This document shows, one piece after another, positions 18,202-28,314 of a stretch of 55,738 nt of DNA (position 1 is its first letter; each line of letters starts with the position of its first letter). Below the pieces are notes generated by a model that did not search any database, had not been told where the DNA came from, and was given only the letters and a program-made list of their open reading frames with translations. The DNA is taken from NCBI GenBank assembly GCA_964524995.1, contig CAZGDV010000004.1:1-55738 (forward strand). Reading direction: 5' to 3'. The position numbers were made by a program, and so were the translations under genes. The DNA is from an uncultured Dehalococcoidia bacterium (GTDB lineage: Bacteria; Chloroflexota; Dehalococcoidia; SZUA-161).

Positions 18202-21200
18202 ATGGAGCATCAAGGCAGAATACCTGACACGAACGCCGATCCCCCTCCAAACGATGACTTCGGGCATTGGTCCGGGCTGACTAAACAGTTCTTCCTCGCT
18301 TCACCCGACGGCATGATACTCTGCGATAGCGAACTCGCAGTTGTCGCGGCCAACCCGGCCGCGACAAGCCTTCTTGGGCTGCCCGACGATCTGGCGGCCT
18401 CTGCCCGGAAGCCCACCCTCACAGAACTGGTGCCGAGCCTGGGCCGGACACCGCACCGCGAGAGGCTGCGTAGAATCATGGAGACAGGCAAGCCAGCCAA
18501 CTTCCACGTTATGCTCACCACCCCGGACAATGGTCGTGACAGGCATCTGTACATCGTGGGCTTCAAGGTGAACTGCGGCATTGGACTGGTCGTCAGGGAA
18601 CCCTCAAATGTGTTCGCAGGGAGACGCCCTGCCGAAACGGCCGATGACGCGGCGGAATGGTCGGCCCTGCTCGAGAACTCGGCGAGTCCTATGATAGTCA
18701 TCGGCGAGCAGGGAGACCTAGTCGCATGCAACGATGCGATGCTGAGCTTCCTGGAATCCTCACGTAAGGACGTGCTCGGTGCAAACATCCAGCAATTCGC
18801 CACGCCGGACAGCGGCAGGCGCGTGCTTGGTCAACTCACCTCGCTCCTGCACAGTGGCGGCACCCTCGAAATCGAGCTCCAGGTGAACCACAGAACCAAG
18901 ATGCTGGAGCTAACCTTGACGGCTGGCACCTGGCGTGATGAGCCGGTGCTCGTGGGAGCGGGCACGGATGCTACGAACCGCCACCGCGCCGAGGAATCGG
19001 CACGGGCCGCCGAGAGCAGGTACAAGGCCCTCTTCGACAACCCGCTCTTGATGGTCTTCCTCAACGACGAGAACGGCACGATACTGGAAGCGAATCCGGC
19101 CGCTATGGAACGGATGGGCTACACGGAGAGCGATCTCGGGCATGTCAACTTCGTCGACCTGCTGCACCCGGACGACAGGGAGAGGGTATTCGCCAGAATG
19201 GCGAGCATCATCGCTGGCGGTTCAATGGAGTACCGGGTTGAGCTCCGGCTCTTGACCAGGACGGGCGAACTCATGTGGATAGAGATGTACGGGTTCGTCA
19301 TCGAACGCGGCGAGGGCACCTACCTTGGTCTAGGGGTAGCTTCCGAGATAACGGCGCGCAAGCGGGCGGAGGCAGCTCTGGCCGAGAGCGAGGAGCAGTA
19401 CAGGTTGATCAGTGAGACATCCATGGACGGCATATACCAGGTCGACTCATCCGGGCACATGGTGTACTGCAACACAGCTCTCACCGCGATGCTAGACTAC
19501 GAACGCGATGAGATGATCGGCCGCCACTTCTCCATGTTCGTACCCGAGAGCGAAGTCCCCAGGGTGCAAGAGCAGGTCAGTATTGTCCTCCGCGGAGAGA
19601 GTCTCAATGCAGAGGTCACAGTGAGGGACAAACACGGCAACCTCATGCCTGTCTTCTTCAGCGCCGTCCCCAACCGGAGCAACGGCGAGATCACCGGTCT
19701 CACCGGAATACTCAAGGACGTGACCTCGCTGAAGCGGACCGAGGCCGCCCTGGCCGAGAGCGAGCGCCGCTTCAGACTGTTCATGGACCATCTGCCCGGT
19801 GTCGCCTTCATCAACGACGCCAATGGCTTCACCGTCTACGGCAACAGGCGTATCCACGAGGCCTACGGTCTCGAGCCGGGCGAGTACGAAGGACACAGGC
19901 TGGAGGACGTTAACCCGGACTACGCCCACACAATACGACAGCAGGATTCCCGGGTTCTGACCGAGGGAATCACCCTCCAGTTCGAGGAAACTATACCCGA
20001 CCAGTCCGGCCCGCGCGAGTGGCTGACCACCAAGTTCCCCATCCCCAGCGAGGGTGAGGCAAGTCTGGTCGGCGGTGTGGCCATTGACATCACGGACCTG
20101 AGGCGGCTGGAGAAGAAGCTGTTCCGGCAGCAGAGACGCTTCCAATCGCTGATAGAGCACTCGTCAGATGTCGTCTGCCTCGTTGGCGCGAACGGCGAGC
20201 TGCGATACATCAGCCCAGCTGTCGAAGGCGTCTTGGGCTACCGCCTCGACGACCTCGCGGGCAAGCGGCCCCTGGACTTCGTACACCCGGAGGATTCGGC
20301 CCGCGCTGCCGACTCGCTGGCCCTGGTCAGCAATACGCACTCAACAACGCTGCCGGTTGATATCAGGGTTAGGCACGTCGACGGCTCGTGGCGCACCCTG
20401 GAGGTCAGTGGCACCAACCATATAGATGACCCAGCAATCGGAGGCATAGTCGTCAGCTTCCGTGACGTGACCGAGCGAAGGCAGGCTGAGGAGGCCCTGC
20501 GCGAGTCGGAGATCAAGTACGCTACGCTTGTCCAACAAGCCAAGGACGCTGTGATAATCGAGCAGGACGAGTTGCTCGTATTCGTAAGCCAGGGCGCAGA
20601 ATCAATAACAGGCTATGCGGTTAGCGAGATTCAGGGCAAGCATTACCTTGACCTGGTCGTAACCGAGCACGAGGAGATCGGGAAGGCGACGTACCGGTTT
20701 CTGCTCGCGGGCAAGATACCCGCGGCCACCTACCCGTCGCGCATACTGCGCAAGGACGGAACCACCAGGGATATCGAGCTCTCTGTCAGCACGATCGAGT
20801 ACCGGGGAAGGCCGGCGCTCATGGCCGTGGTCAGAGACGTTACAGAACGCAATCGTATGGAGCGATCACTTCGAGGCCTAATGGAGTTCGAGAAGCTGGT
20901 TTCCGAACTCTCGGCCGCTTTCGTCAACGTGCCCAGCGAGGAGGTCGACGCCCATATCGAGGAAGGCCTCCGAAGAATCGTCGAGCACTTGGGACTCGAT
21001 CGAAGCACGCTGCTCGAGTTCTCCGATGATAAGAGCGAGCTCCGTGTCGCATACTCCTACGCCAGGCCAGGGGCCGAACGGTCCCCGGCAGTATCCGTCA
21101 GCAATTACCTCCGCTGGTACACAGACAGGCTCAGGCAGGGCGACGTGGTGCGATGGCACCGCATCGAAGACCTCCCGGAAGAGGCGGAACTGGAGCGACT

Positions 21201-24200
21201 CTACGCCGAGGTCAGCGGCATCAAGTCGAACTTGTCCGTTCGAGTGGACATCGCGGGAGCCCCCTCCTTCGTCATCGCCATGGGCTCGTTCACGACCTCG
21301 CAACCATGGCCCGAGGAGTGGGTGCCACGGCTCAGGATCCTCGGCGAGGTCTTTGCCAACGCCATCATCCGCAGGCGCACCGACGAAGCCCTCCGGCGCA
21401 GCGAGGAGAAGGCCCGAGGCGTCCTGGAGAGCGCGACGGAGATGATATACAGGCTCGATCTCCTCACGGGCAACTATGACTACGTCAGCCCCTCGGTCAG
21501 GTACGTACTGGGGATGGAGCCCGAAGACTACCTAGCAATGACCATCTGGGAAACGCGATTGCTCACCCACCCCGACGACCTTCCGCGCCTGGATGCCAAC
21601 GTCCTCAAGGAGCTTCTGGCCGACCCCAGGCACTCCGAGCTGCCTTCCGATACAGAGTACCGTATACTCAATCGCCAACGAGGTTACAGGTGGGTATGCG
21701 ACAGCAGGCGCATCGTCTGGAGCTCCGACGGCACGAGGCAACTCGCCGTCGTCGGCAGCCTCAGGGACATACACGACCGCAAGGAAGCGGAAGACAGGCT
21801 GAGAAGGAGCGAGGAGCTTTTCAGATCCCTGATCGAGAACGCCACGGACTTCATAGTCATCATTGACGCGGACGGAAAGGTGCGCTACGAGAGCCCCTCG
21901 GTCGCGAGACTGATCGGCTACGAGCCGGACGAGCGCGTCGGCAAGAGTGCCTTCGAGCATGTCCACCCCAACGATGTTCAGCGGGTCATAGACACCTTCG
22001 CGGCCTTGAGAGAGCAGCCAGGCGCGACGATGAGCATGGAGCTGCGCTTCGGGCGCAAGGACGGCTCATTCGCCTACGCCGAGGGGACAGGCCGTAACCT
22101 CATCGATCACCCTGCGGTGGAGGCCATTGTCGTCAACCTCCGCGACATCACCGAGCGCAAGCTGGCAGAGGCTCAACTCAAGCAGAGCGAGGAGAAGTAC
22201 CGCTCCTTCGTGCAGAATTTCGGGGGGGTAGCTTACCGGGGCTACACCGACTGGGGAATCGACTTCTTCCACGGCAAGGTCGAGGAACTGACCGGATACA
22301 CCGAAGACGAGTTCAAGAGTGGTGCCGTCAGATGGGACCAGATCATACATCCTGAGGACCTCCCCCACGTTGCATCTGATGTGTCCCAGACAATCGCGGA
22401 TAAGGAACCGTCTCATGCGAGGGAATACCGCATCATCCGCAAGAACGGTGAGATAGCCTGGGTCAGGGAGATCTTGCACATAATTGTCGACGATTCCGGC
22501 AACGCCAGCGGCGCGCAGGGCGTCCTGCTGGACATCACCGAGCGCAGGCTGGCTGAAGCTCAACTGAGGGAGAGTGAAGAAAAGCTCCGGCTCATTTTCG
22601 AGTCGGTGCACGAAGGCATTGCAGTGACAGACCTCGACGGCGTCGTAACCGAGTGCAACACCAGGATAGCCCAATTCCACGGGTCATCCTCCAAAGATGC
22701 GATACTCGGGCACTCTGCGCTTGAATTGATTGCACCGCGCGACCGTGATCGGGCGAAGGCCAATATGCAATCGAGACTCGCGGGGCACCCCGCTGAGCGA
22801 AACGAGTATGCAGTCCTCAGAGCCGACGGCACTGAATTCGCCTCCGAGCTGATCTCCACCGTCCTCAGGAATGACCTCGGTGATGCCATCGGCCTCCTGG
22901 CCACCATCCGCGACATCAGCGAGCGCAAGAAGGCTGAAGACGCTCTGCGCGCGAACGAAGATAGATATCGCAACCTGTTCAACAATGCACAGGTGGGTTT
23001 GTTCCGCTCCAGGATCAGCGACGGCAAGTTCATCGAGTGCAACGACCTGTTCGCCGAGATGGTGGGGTATCCCAGTCGTGAGGAATGCCTCGCTGACTTC
23101 GTTGCGTCCGAGCACTACGCAGATCCGGCCGTCCGGCAACGGATGCTGGCGGAGATAGCCGATCGTGGTCAAGTCAGGAGTTTCGAGGCCCTAGTAACAC
23201 GCGCCGACGGCTCCCCGTTCTGGGTCAGCTACTCCGCCCACATCTACCCCGAAAAGGGATATATCGAAGGCGCGGGAATCGACATAACCGAACGCAAGCT
23301 CGTGGAGGATGCGCTGCGCCGGAGCGAGCACAAGTACCGCACTCTTGTCGAGAGCATGCATGATGGTCTCTGGGTCATCGACCAGAAAGCCCGGACGACC
23401 TTTGTCAATCCTCGCATGGAAGAGCTTCTCGGCTACGACCCCGGCGAGATGATAGGGAGACACCTGTTCGAGTTCATGGACGAGCATGACAAGGCGATCG
23501 CCAAGATCAACCTCGCGCGCAGGCGGCAGGGGATTGCGGAGCAGCATGACTTCAAGTTCATTCGCAAGGACGGAACAGCAATCTGGGCAACCCTCGCGAC
23601 CAATCCCCTGTTCGACGAAAGCGGAAGCTACATCGGCGCGATGGCCTGCATCGCTGACATCACCGAGCGCAAGCGGGCCGAAGAGGCGATCCGACATAGT
23701 GAGGCGAGATTCAGGGAGCTGGCCGACCTGCTTCCTCAGGCCGTGTTCGAGACGGACAATGAGGGCAATCTGACATTCTTGAACCAGAAGGGCATGGAGC
23801 TATCGGGCTATTCGGTCGAGGATATCGACACGGGCCTGAACTGTCTCCAACTCGTCGTCCCCGAGGAGCGCGAGCTCGCACTGTTGAACCTGCAGCTGAT
23901 GATCCAGGGAGCGGAATCAGTTGGCACCGAGTACACAGCCCTCCGGAAAGACGGCTCGACATTCCCCGTCGTACTCTACTCGAGCACCATCTCGAGGGAA
24001 GGTCAACCCGTAGGGCTCCGGGCCGTTGCGATGGACATCACTGAGCGCAAGATGGCCGAGGAGGCCCTGAGGCGGAGCGAGCAGCGGTTCAAGGCGCTCA
24101 CCGAGAACGCCCTGGATGTGATCGTCGTAGTGGGTGCCGATGGCAAGGTGGCCTACGAGAGCCCTTCAGTGGAGCGAGTGATGGGCTACACGCCGGAGGA

Positions 24201-27200
24201 TGTCGTTGGACGCAAGGGTTTCGAATACCTGCACCCTGAGGACGTGCCCGCTGCCGCCGAGATGTTCGCAGACCTGCTGACGCATCCCGGCGAGACCCTG
24301 ATCACTGAGCTGCGCGTGCATCACAGGGACGGCTCTCTCCGCTTCGTGGAGGCTGTGGCGAGGAACCTCCTCGATGACCCAGCTGTTTCCGGCATCGTTG
24401 TCAACTTCCGCGACATCACCGAGCGCAAGCAGGCGGAGCAGCTCATTCTCTCCAGAATGCAGATGCAGCAGCTCATTGCCGAGACAACATCACACTTCGC
24501 AGGCCCAACATGTGCCGATATCGACCGTACCATAACAGATGCTTTAGGCCGGATTGGCACGTACATCGGAGTCCATCGTATCTATATCAACATCTTCGCG
24601 AAAGACCAAACCTCCATTGCGATTACCCACGAGTGGTGCGACTCCGACATCGAGCTATTTGGATTCCAGGCATTCTCGCTCGCACCATTCCCTTGGGCAT
24701 TGTCCAAGCTGAACAAAGGGGAAAGCATTCGCGCCGATACACTCGATGAACTGCCGCAAGAGGCGTCCAACGAGAGAAGTCTGTGGCAGAGCACCGGCGT
24801 GAAGTCCATAATAGGCATTCCTCTCATCGTGCAGGGTTCCTTGATAGGTTTCATGGGCTGTAGCGACGAGCGAAACGGGCGTACTTGGCAAGATGACGAC
24901 ATGCATATCCTGACAATCATCGGCCAGACAATGGCGAATGCCATCCACCGCATTCAGGCCGAGGAGGCACAGCGAGCGAGCGAGGAAAAGCTGAGATCAT
25001 TCATGGACTCGGCTACCGACAGCTTCTTCCTCTGGGATTCGGAGTTCAACATGATGGACATCAATGAGAGCGCGGCACAGCGGTGGGGCGTGCCCAGGGA
25101 AGAGTTGATCGGGAAGAACATGCTGGAGTTCTCGCCCGAACTGAAGTCCACGGACAGATACAAGAAGTATCTTGAGGTTCTCTCAACCGGGAGCAGCTTT
25201 GAGTCCGAGTTGCTCATCAATCATCCCCGATTGGGGTCCAGATGGCACTCTTTTAGAGCTTTCCGGGTGGGCACTGGTCTGGGCATTATCTCGACCGACG
25301 TCACCCGCCGCAAGGAGAATGAGGAGGAGTTGGACCGCTACCGACAGCACCTCGAGGAGCTGGTCCAGGAGAGGACAATCGATCTGCAGGAGTCCAACGA
25401 AGAGCTACTCGAACAGGCCTCAGAGCGCATCAAGGCCCAGAAAGAGGTGCAGCGCGAGAAAGACAAGGCACAGAAGTACCTCGACATCGCCGCCGTCGTG
25501 CTCCTGGTGATAGACACAGACGGCACCGTGAGCCTGATCAACAGGCGCGGTTGTGCCATCCTCGGATACAACCAGGATGAGATTCTGGGCAGGAACTGGT
25601 TCGACAGCTTCGTCCCACCGTCCGTGGCAGGTGACTCCAGGGCGATGGTCAAGAGGTTCCTCGAAGGCGAGGGGGCCTACGGCAGATACGAAGGCTGGGT
25701 GCAGACTCGAAGCGGCGAGCGGAGGAACATCCTCTGGCATGGCGTCGTGCTGCGCGATGACGATGGCACGGCGCTGGGCGTCCTGGCATCCGGTGAGGAC
25801 GTCACAGAGCATCGGAGGGCTGAGAGCCTGAACACGGCCCAACGCGATCTGGCTGTGAAACTCAGCGCAACCGACAGACTCGATGAGGGTCTCCACCTCT
25901 GCCTGGAAACAGCACTGGAGGTATCCGAGATGGACTCGGGCGGCATCTACCTCTTGAACACCGCCGATGGTTCGCTCGACCTGGCTGTACACACGGGTCT
26001 GTCTCCAGCCTTCGTAGACGCCGTCCGCCACTACTCGCCCGACTCTCCAAGTGCTCGGCTAGTCGCCTCTGGGAAGCCCGCCTACACAAGCTATCCTGAA
26101 GTCGGGGGAATCGTAGACGATGTCAGGCGAGAAGAGGGGCTGCATGCTATAGGCATAATCCCTGTGACCCACCTCGGCCAGGTCATTGGTTGCCTGAACA
26201 TCGCTTCGCACCAGCTTGAAGACGTGCCTGACCACGCCCGCGTCGCGATCGAGACCGTAGCCGCCCAGATTGGCAGCGCCGTGACCCGCCTGCAGGCCGA
26301 GGAGGCGCTCAGGGACAGCGAGCAGGCGTTCCATGCCATCACAGAAGCGATTCCAGTACCCGTGGGCATATCGGCCAGGCCCGGCGGTACCATACTCTGG
26401 GAGAACACCCACCTCAGCCCCCTGTTCGGCCTGCCGCCAGGCAGCATGGCTGGCCGCACGACGACTGATTTCTTCACCAGCTTGTCTGATAGGGAGTTCG
26501 TACGCACGGCGCTGGACCGCTGCGGAAGGCTAGACATGTACGAGTTCGAAGCAAGGAGGGCAGACGGCACTCCGGTATGGGTAATGGCCTCGGTACAACC
26601 CATGGTGTTCCAGGGAGAAGAGGCGAGCATCACGGGGTTCTACGACATAACGAAGCGGAAACATCTGGAGGACGAACTCCGAGACCTCTACGATCAAGAG
26701 CGGGAGCTGAGTCAACGGCTGGAGGAGGAAATCAACAGACGCATAGAGTTTACCAGGGTACTGGCACACGAGCTCAAGACGCCTCTCACACCAGTGATGA
26801 GTTCGAGTCAGCTCCTCGAAGCCATGCTCGAAGACGAAGCTGCATCGAAGTTGGCCCAGAACATAAGCCGTGGCGCTAGCAATCTCAACAGAAGGATCGA
26901 CGAGTTGCTCGATCTTGCACGAGGAGAGATCGGCACTCTGCGGCTCAAAGAGGAGATCATCGACCTGCGGCAGCTCATCAGGGAAGTGATACATGATATG
27001 ATTCCTCTTGCCGCCGAACGTGACCAGACGCTGACCACGCGAATATCGAGAAAGCTGCCGATCGTAAGGGGGGACTCGGACAGGATACGGCAGATTCTGT
27101 TGAACCTGCTCAACAACTCCATCAAGTTCAACCAGCCGGGGGGTCAGATCTCTATACTCGCCTCATCCGACGATTCAGGCGTCACAATAGAGGTAAGGGA

Positions 27201-27477
27201 CACTGGAACCGGCATCCCGAAAGAGGACCTGCCAAGGCTGTTCGAGCCGTATTCGCGCCTGGAAGGCGACAGAGAGCACCTCAGCGGTCTGGGCCTCGGT
27301 CTGGCGCTGTGCAAGACCCTAGTTGAGCTTCACGGCGGCGAGGTATGGGCGAGAAGCCGTCCCGGCAGGGGCACCACGATCGGCTTCTCACTACCCGTCG
27401 GCACGCGTGAGGGTGTGGAGAGGAAGAAACGAAGCAAGTCAGGAGGTAGTCGTGAGGGCTCTAATAGTCGAGGATGA
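18202..27477 (+). CDS. Giant cytoplasmic sensor histidine kinase HK3 (~3090 aa; 18 PAS, 3 GAF, HisKA, HATPase)
   Basis: ATG 18202 after GAGGAGG; repeated PAS/PAC units ending D(I/V)TERK; three GAF-like segments; AHELKTPL, NLLNNSIKF, DTGTGI, GLGLGL; no TM helix seen. Confidence 0.93.
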   Translation: MEHQGRIPDTNADPPPNDDFGHWSGLTKQFFLASPDGMILCDSELAVVAANPAATSLLGLPDDLAASARKPTLTELVPSLGRTPHRERLRRIMETGKPANFHVMLTTPDNGRDRHLYIVGFKVNCGIGLVVREPSNVFAGRRPAETADDAAEWSALLENSASPMIVIGEQGDLVACNDAMLSFLESSRKDVLGANIQQFATPDSGRRVLGQLTSLLHSGGTLEIELQVNHRTKMLELTLTAGTWRDEPVLVGAGTDATNRHRAEESARAAESRYKALFDNPLLMVFLNDENGTILEANPAAMERMGYTESDLGHVNFVDLLHPDDRERVFARMASIIAGGSMEYRVELRLLTRTGELMWIEMYGFVIERGEGTYLGLGVASEITARKRAEAALAESEEQYRLISETSMDGIYQVDSSGHMVYCNTALTAMLDYERDEMIGRHFSMFVPESEVPRVQEQVSIVLRGESLNAEVTVRDKHGNLMPVFFSAVPNRSNGEITGLTGILKDVTSLKRTEAALAESERRFRLFMDHLPGVAFINDANGFTVYGNRRIHEAYGLEPGEYEGHRLEDVNPDYAHTIRQQDSRVLTEGITLQFEETIPDQSGPREWLTTKFPIPSEGEASLVGGVAIDITDLRRLEKKLFRQQRRFQSLIEHSSDVVCLVGANGELRYISPAVEGVLGYRLDDLAGKRPLDFVHPEDSARAADSLALVSNTHSTTLPVDIRVRHVDGSWRTLEVSGTNHIDDPAIGGIVVSFRDVTERRQAEEALRESEIKYATLVQQAKDAVIIEQDELLVFVSQGAESITGYAVSEIQGKHYLDLVVTEHEEIGKATYRFLLAGKIPAATYPSRILRKDGTTRDIELSVSTIEYRGRPALMAVVRDVTERNRMERSLRGLMEFEKLVSELSAAFVNVPSEEVDAHIEEGLRRIVEHLGLDRSTLLEFSDDKSELRVAYSYARPGAERSPAVSVSNYLRWYTDRLRQGDVVRWHRIEDLPEEAELERLYAEVSGIKSNLSVRVDIAGAPSFVIAMGSFTTSQPWPEEWVPRLRILGEVFANAIIRRRTDEALRRSEEKARGVLESATEMIYRLDLLTGNYDYVSPSVRYVLGMEPEDYLAMTIWETRLLTHPDDLPRLDANVLKELLADPRHSELPSDTEYRILNRQRGYRWVCDSRRIVWSSDGTRQLAVVGSLRDIHDRKEAEDRLRRSEELFRSLIENATDFIVIIDADGKVRYESPSVARLIGYEPDERVGKSAFEHVHPNDVQRVIDTFAALREQPGATMSMELRFGRKDGSFAYAEGTGRNLIDHPAVEAIVVNLRDITERKLAEAQLKQSEEKYRSFVQNFGGVAYRGYTDWGIDFFHGKVEELTGYTEDEFKSGAVRWDQIIHPEDLPHVASDVSQTIADKEPSHAREYRIIRKNGEIAWVREILHIIVDDSGNASGAQGVLLDITERRLAEAQLRESEEKLRLIFESVHEGIAVTDLDGVVTECNTRIAQFHGSSSKDAILGHSALELIAPRDRDRAKANMQSRLAGHPAERNEYAVLRADGTEFASELISTVLRNDLGDAIGLLATIRDISERKKAEDALRANEDRYRNLFNNAQVGLFRSRISDGKFIECNDLFAEMVGYPSREECLADFVASEHYADPAVRQRMLAEIADRGQVRSFEALVTRADGSPFWVSYSAHIYPEKGYIEGAGIDITERKLVEDALRRSEHKYRTLVESMHDGLWVIDQKARTTFVNPRMEELLGYDPGEMIGRHLFEFMDEHDKAIAKINLARRRQGIAEQHDFKFIRKDGTAIWATLATNPLFDESGSYIGAMACIADITERKRAEEAIRHSEARFRELADLLPQAVFETDNEGNLTFLNQKGMELSGYSVEDIDTGLNCLQLVVPEERELALLNLQLMIQGAESVGTEYTALRKDGSTFPVVLYSSTISREGQPVGLRAVAMDITERKMAEEALRRSEQRFKALTENALDVIVVVGADGKVAYESPSVERVMGYTPEDVVGRKGFEYLHPEDVPAAAEMFADLLTHPGETLITELRVHHRDGSLRFVEAVARNLLDDPAVSGIVVNFRDITERKQAEQLILSRMQMQQLIAETTSHFAGPTCADIDRTITDALGRIGTYIGVHRIYINIFAKDQTSIAITHEWCDSDIELFGFQAFSLAPFPWALSKLNKGESIRADTLDELPQEASNERSLWQSTGVKSIIGIPLIVQGSLIGFMGCSDERNGRTWQDDDMHILTIIGQTMANAIHRIQAEEAQRASEEKLRSFMDSATDSFFLWDSEFNMMDINESAAQRWGVPREELIGKNMLEFSPELKSTDRYKKYLEVLSTGSSFESELLINHPRLGSRWHSFRAFRVGTGLGIISTDVTRRKENEEELDRYRQHLEELVQERTIDLQESNEELLEQASERIKAQKEVQREKDKAQKYLDIAAVVLLVIDTDGTVSLINRRGCAILGYNQDEILGRNWFDSFVPPSVAGDSRAMVKRFLEGEGAYGRYEGWVQTRSGERRNILWHGVVLRDDDGTALGVLASGEDVTEHRRAESLNTAQRDLAVKLSATDRLDEGLHLCLETALEVSEMDSGGIYLLNTADGSLDLAVHTGLSPAFVDAVRHYSPDSPSARLVASGKPAYTSYPEVGGIVDDVRREEGLHAIGIIPVTHLGQVIGCLNIASHQLEDVPDHARVAIETVAAQIGSAVTRLQAEEALRDSEQAFHAITEAIPVPVGISARPGGTILWENTHLSPLFGLPPGSMAGRTTTDFFTSLSDREFVRTALDRCGRLDMYEFEARRADGTPVWVMASVQPMVFQGEEASITGFYDITKRKHLEDELRDLYDQERELSQRLEEEINRRIEFTRVLAHELKTPLTPVMSSSQLLEAMLEDEAASKLAQNISRGASNLNRRIDELLDLARGEIGTLRLKEEIIDLRQLIREVIHDMIPLAAERDQTLTTRISRKLPIVRGDSDRIRQILLNLLNNSIKFNQPGGQISILASSDDSGVTIEVRDTGTGIPKEDLPRLFEPYSRLEGDREHLSGLGLGLALCKTLVELHGGEVWARSRPGRGTTIGFSLPVGTREGVERKKRSKSGGSREGSNSRG

Positions 27478-28147
27478 CAAAGAGGTTGCCGACGGCATCT
27501 CGCTTCTGCTGCATTTCTACTGGCCCGAGGCTGAGCTCATGGTTACATCTCTGGGTAGGGAGGGAATCGAACTCACCAGAAGCGCGTATCCCGATATCAT
27601 CGTGCTGGACCTGGGCTTGCCTGACATAAGCGGCTTCGAAGCCCTGCGGGAGATACGACAGTTCTCCTCGGTTCCGATTATCATTCTCACCGTGAAGTCA
27701 GAGGAGTCCGACATTGTGAAAGGGCTCGAGTGGGGCGCGGACGACTACATCGTGAAGCCATACGGACAACTCGAGTTGCTCGCCCGGTTGAGAGCCAGGC
27801 TGCGCGACAAGAACCACCCGGCAGAGGCCAGCACACTTACTTTCGGCCCTTTGCGTCTCAACGCCGGGCATCGTGAGCTCCACTGTGGACAGAAAGAGGT
27901 CGATCTGACAGCCATCGAAGCTCACATCATGCATCATCTCATCAGAAGTGGGGGGCATGTGGCAACATACTCCAGCCTTGCCGAGGAAGTGTGGGGTGAA
28001 GACTACCCGGGTTCCCTCGACAGTCTGAGGGTCTACATTCGGCGTTTGCGGGAGAAAATCGAGGATGATCCCAGCCACCCCCAGATGATCCTGAACAAGC
28101 CAGGTGTCGGCTATTACCTATCACGGCACGCCAAGGCGCAACCGTGA
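27452..28147 (+). CDS. OmpR/PhoB-family response regulator RR1
   Basis: GTG after AGGAGG, overlapping the HK3 end by 26 nt; LIVEDD, LDLGLPD, DYIVKP; winged helix SLRVYIRRLREKIEDDP...GVGY. Confidence 0.95.
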   Translation: MRALIVEDDKEVADGISLLLHFYWPEAELMVTSLGREGIELTRSAYPDIIVLDLGLPDISGFEALREIRQFSSVPIIILTVKSEESDIVKGLEWGADDYIVKPYGQLELLARLRARLRDKNHPAEASTLTFGPLRLNAGHRELHCGQKEVDLTAIEAHIMHHLIRSGGHVATYSSLAEEVWGEDYPGSLDSLRVYIRRLREKIEDDPSHPQMILNKPGVGYYLSRHAKAQP

Positions 28148-28219
28148 CAGAGAGATCTATCACCCCGTTAACTCGCAGAGCAGCAGAGCATCGGAAGCTC
28201 GTGTACCCTCGCCTGCGTC

Positions 28220-28303
28220 TTAACGGCTTGTAAGCCCTTTCTTAGCCCTTTCTTATTCTCAGCAACCTCGCTTAATGCCTGTTTAACCGCCTGGGCTTAA
28301 ACT
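28220..28303 (+). promoter_or_regulatory. 4+2 array of 11-bp direct repeats plus -10 box (copy 1)
   Basis: ttaacggcttg/taagccctttc/ttagccctttc/ttattctcagc, 8-nt gap, ttaatgcctgt/ttaaccgcctg, TAAACT at 28298 (offset 78). Confidence 0.8.
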
Positions 28304-28314
28304 TCCTACCTGGG

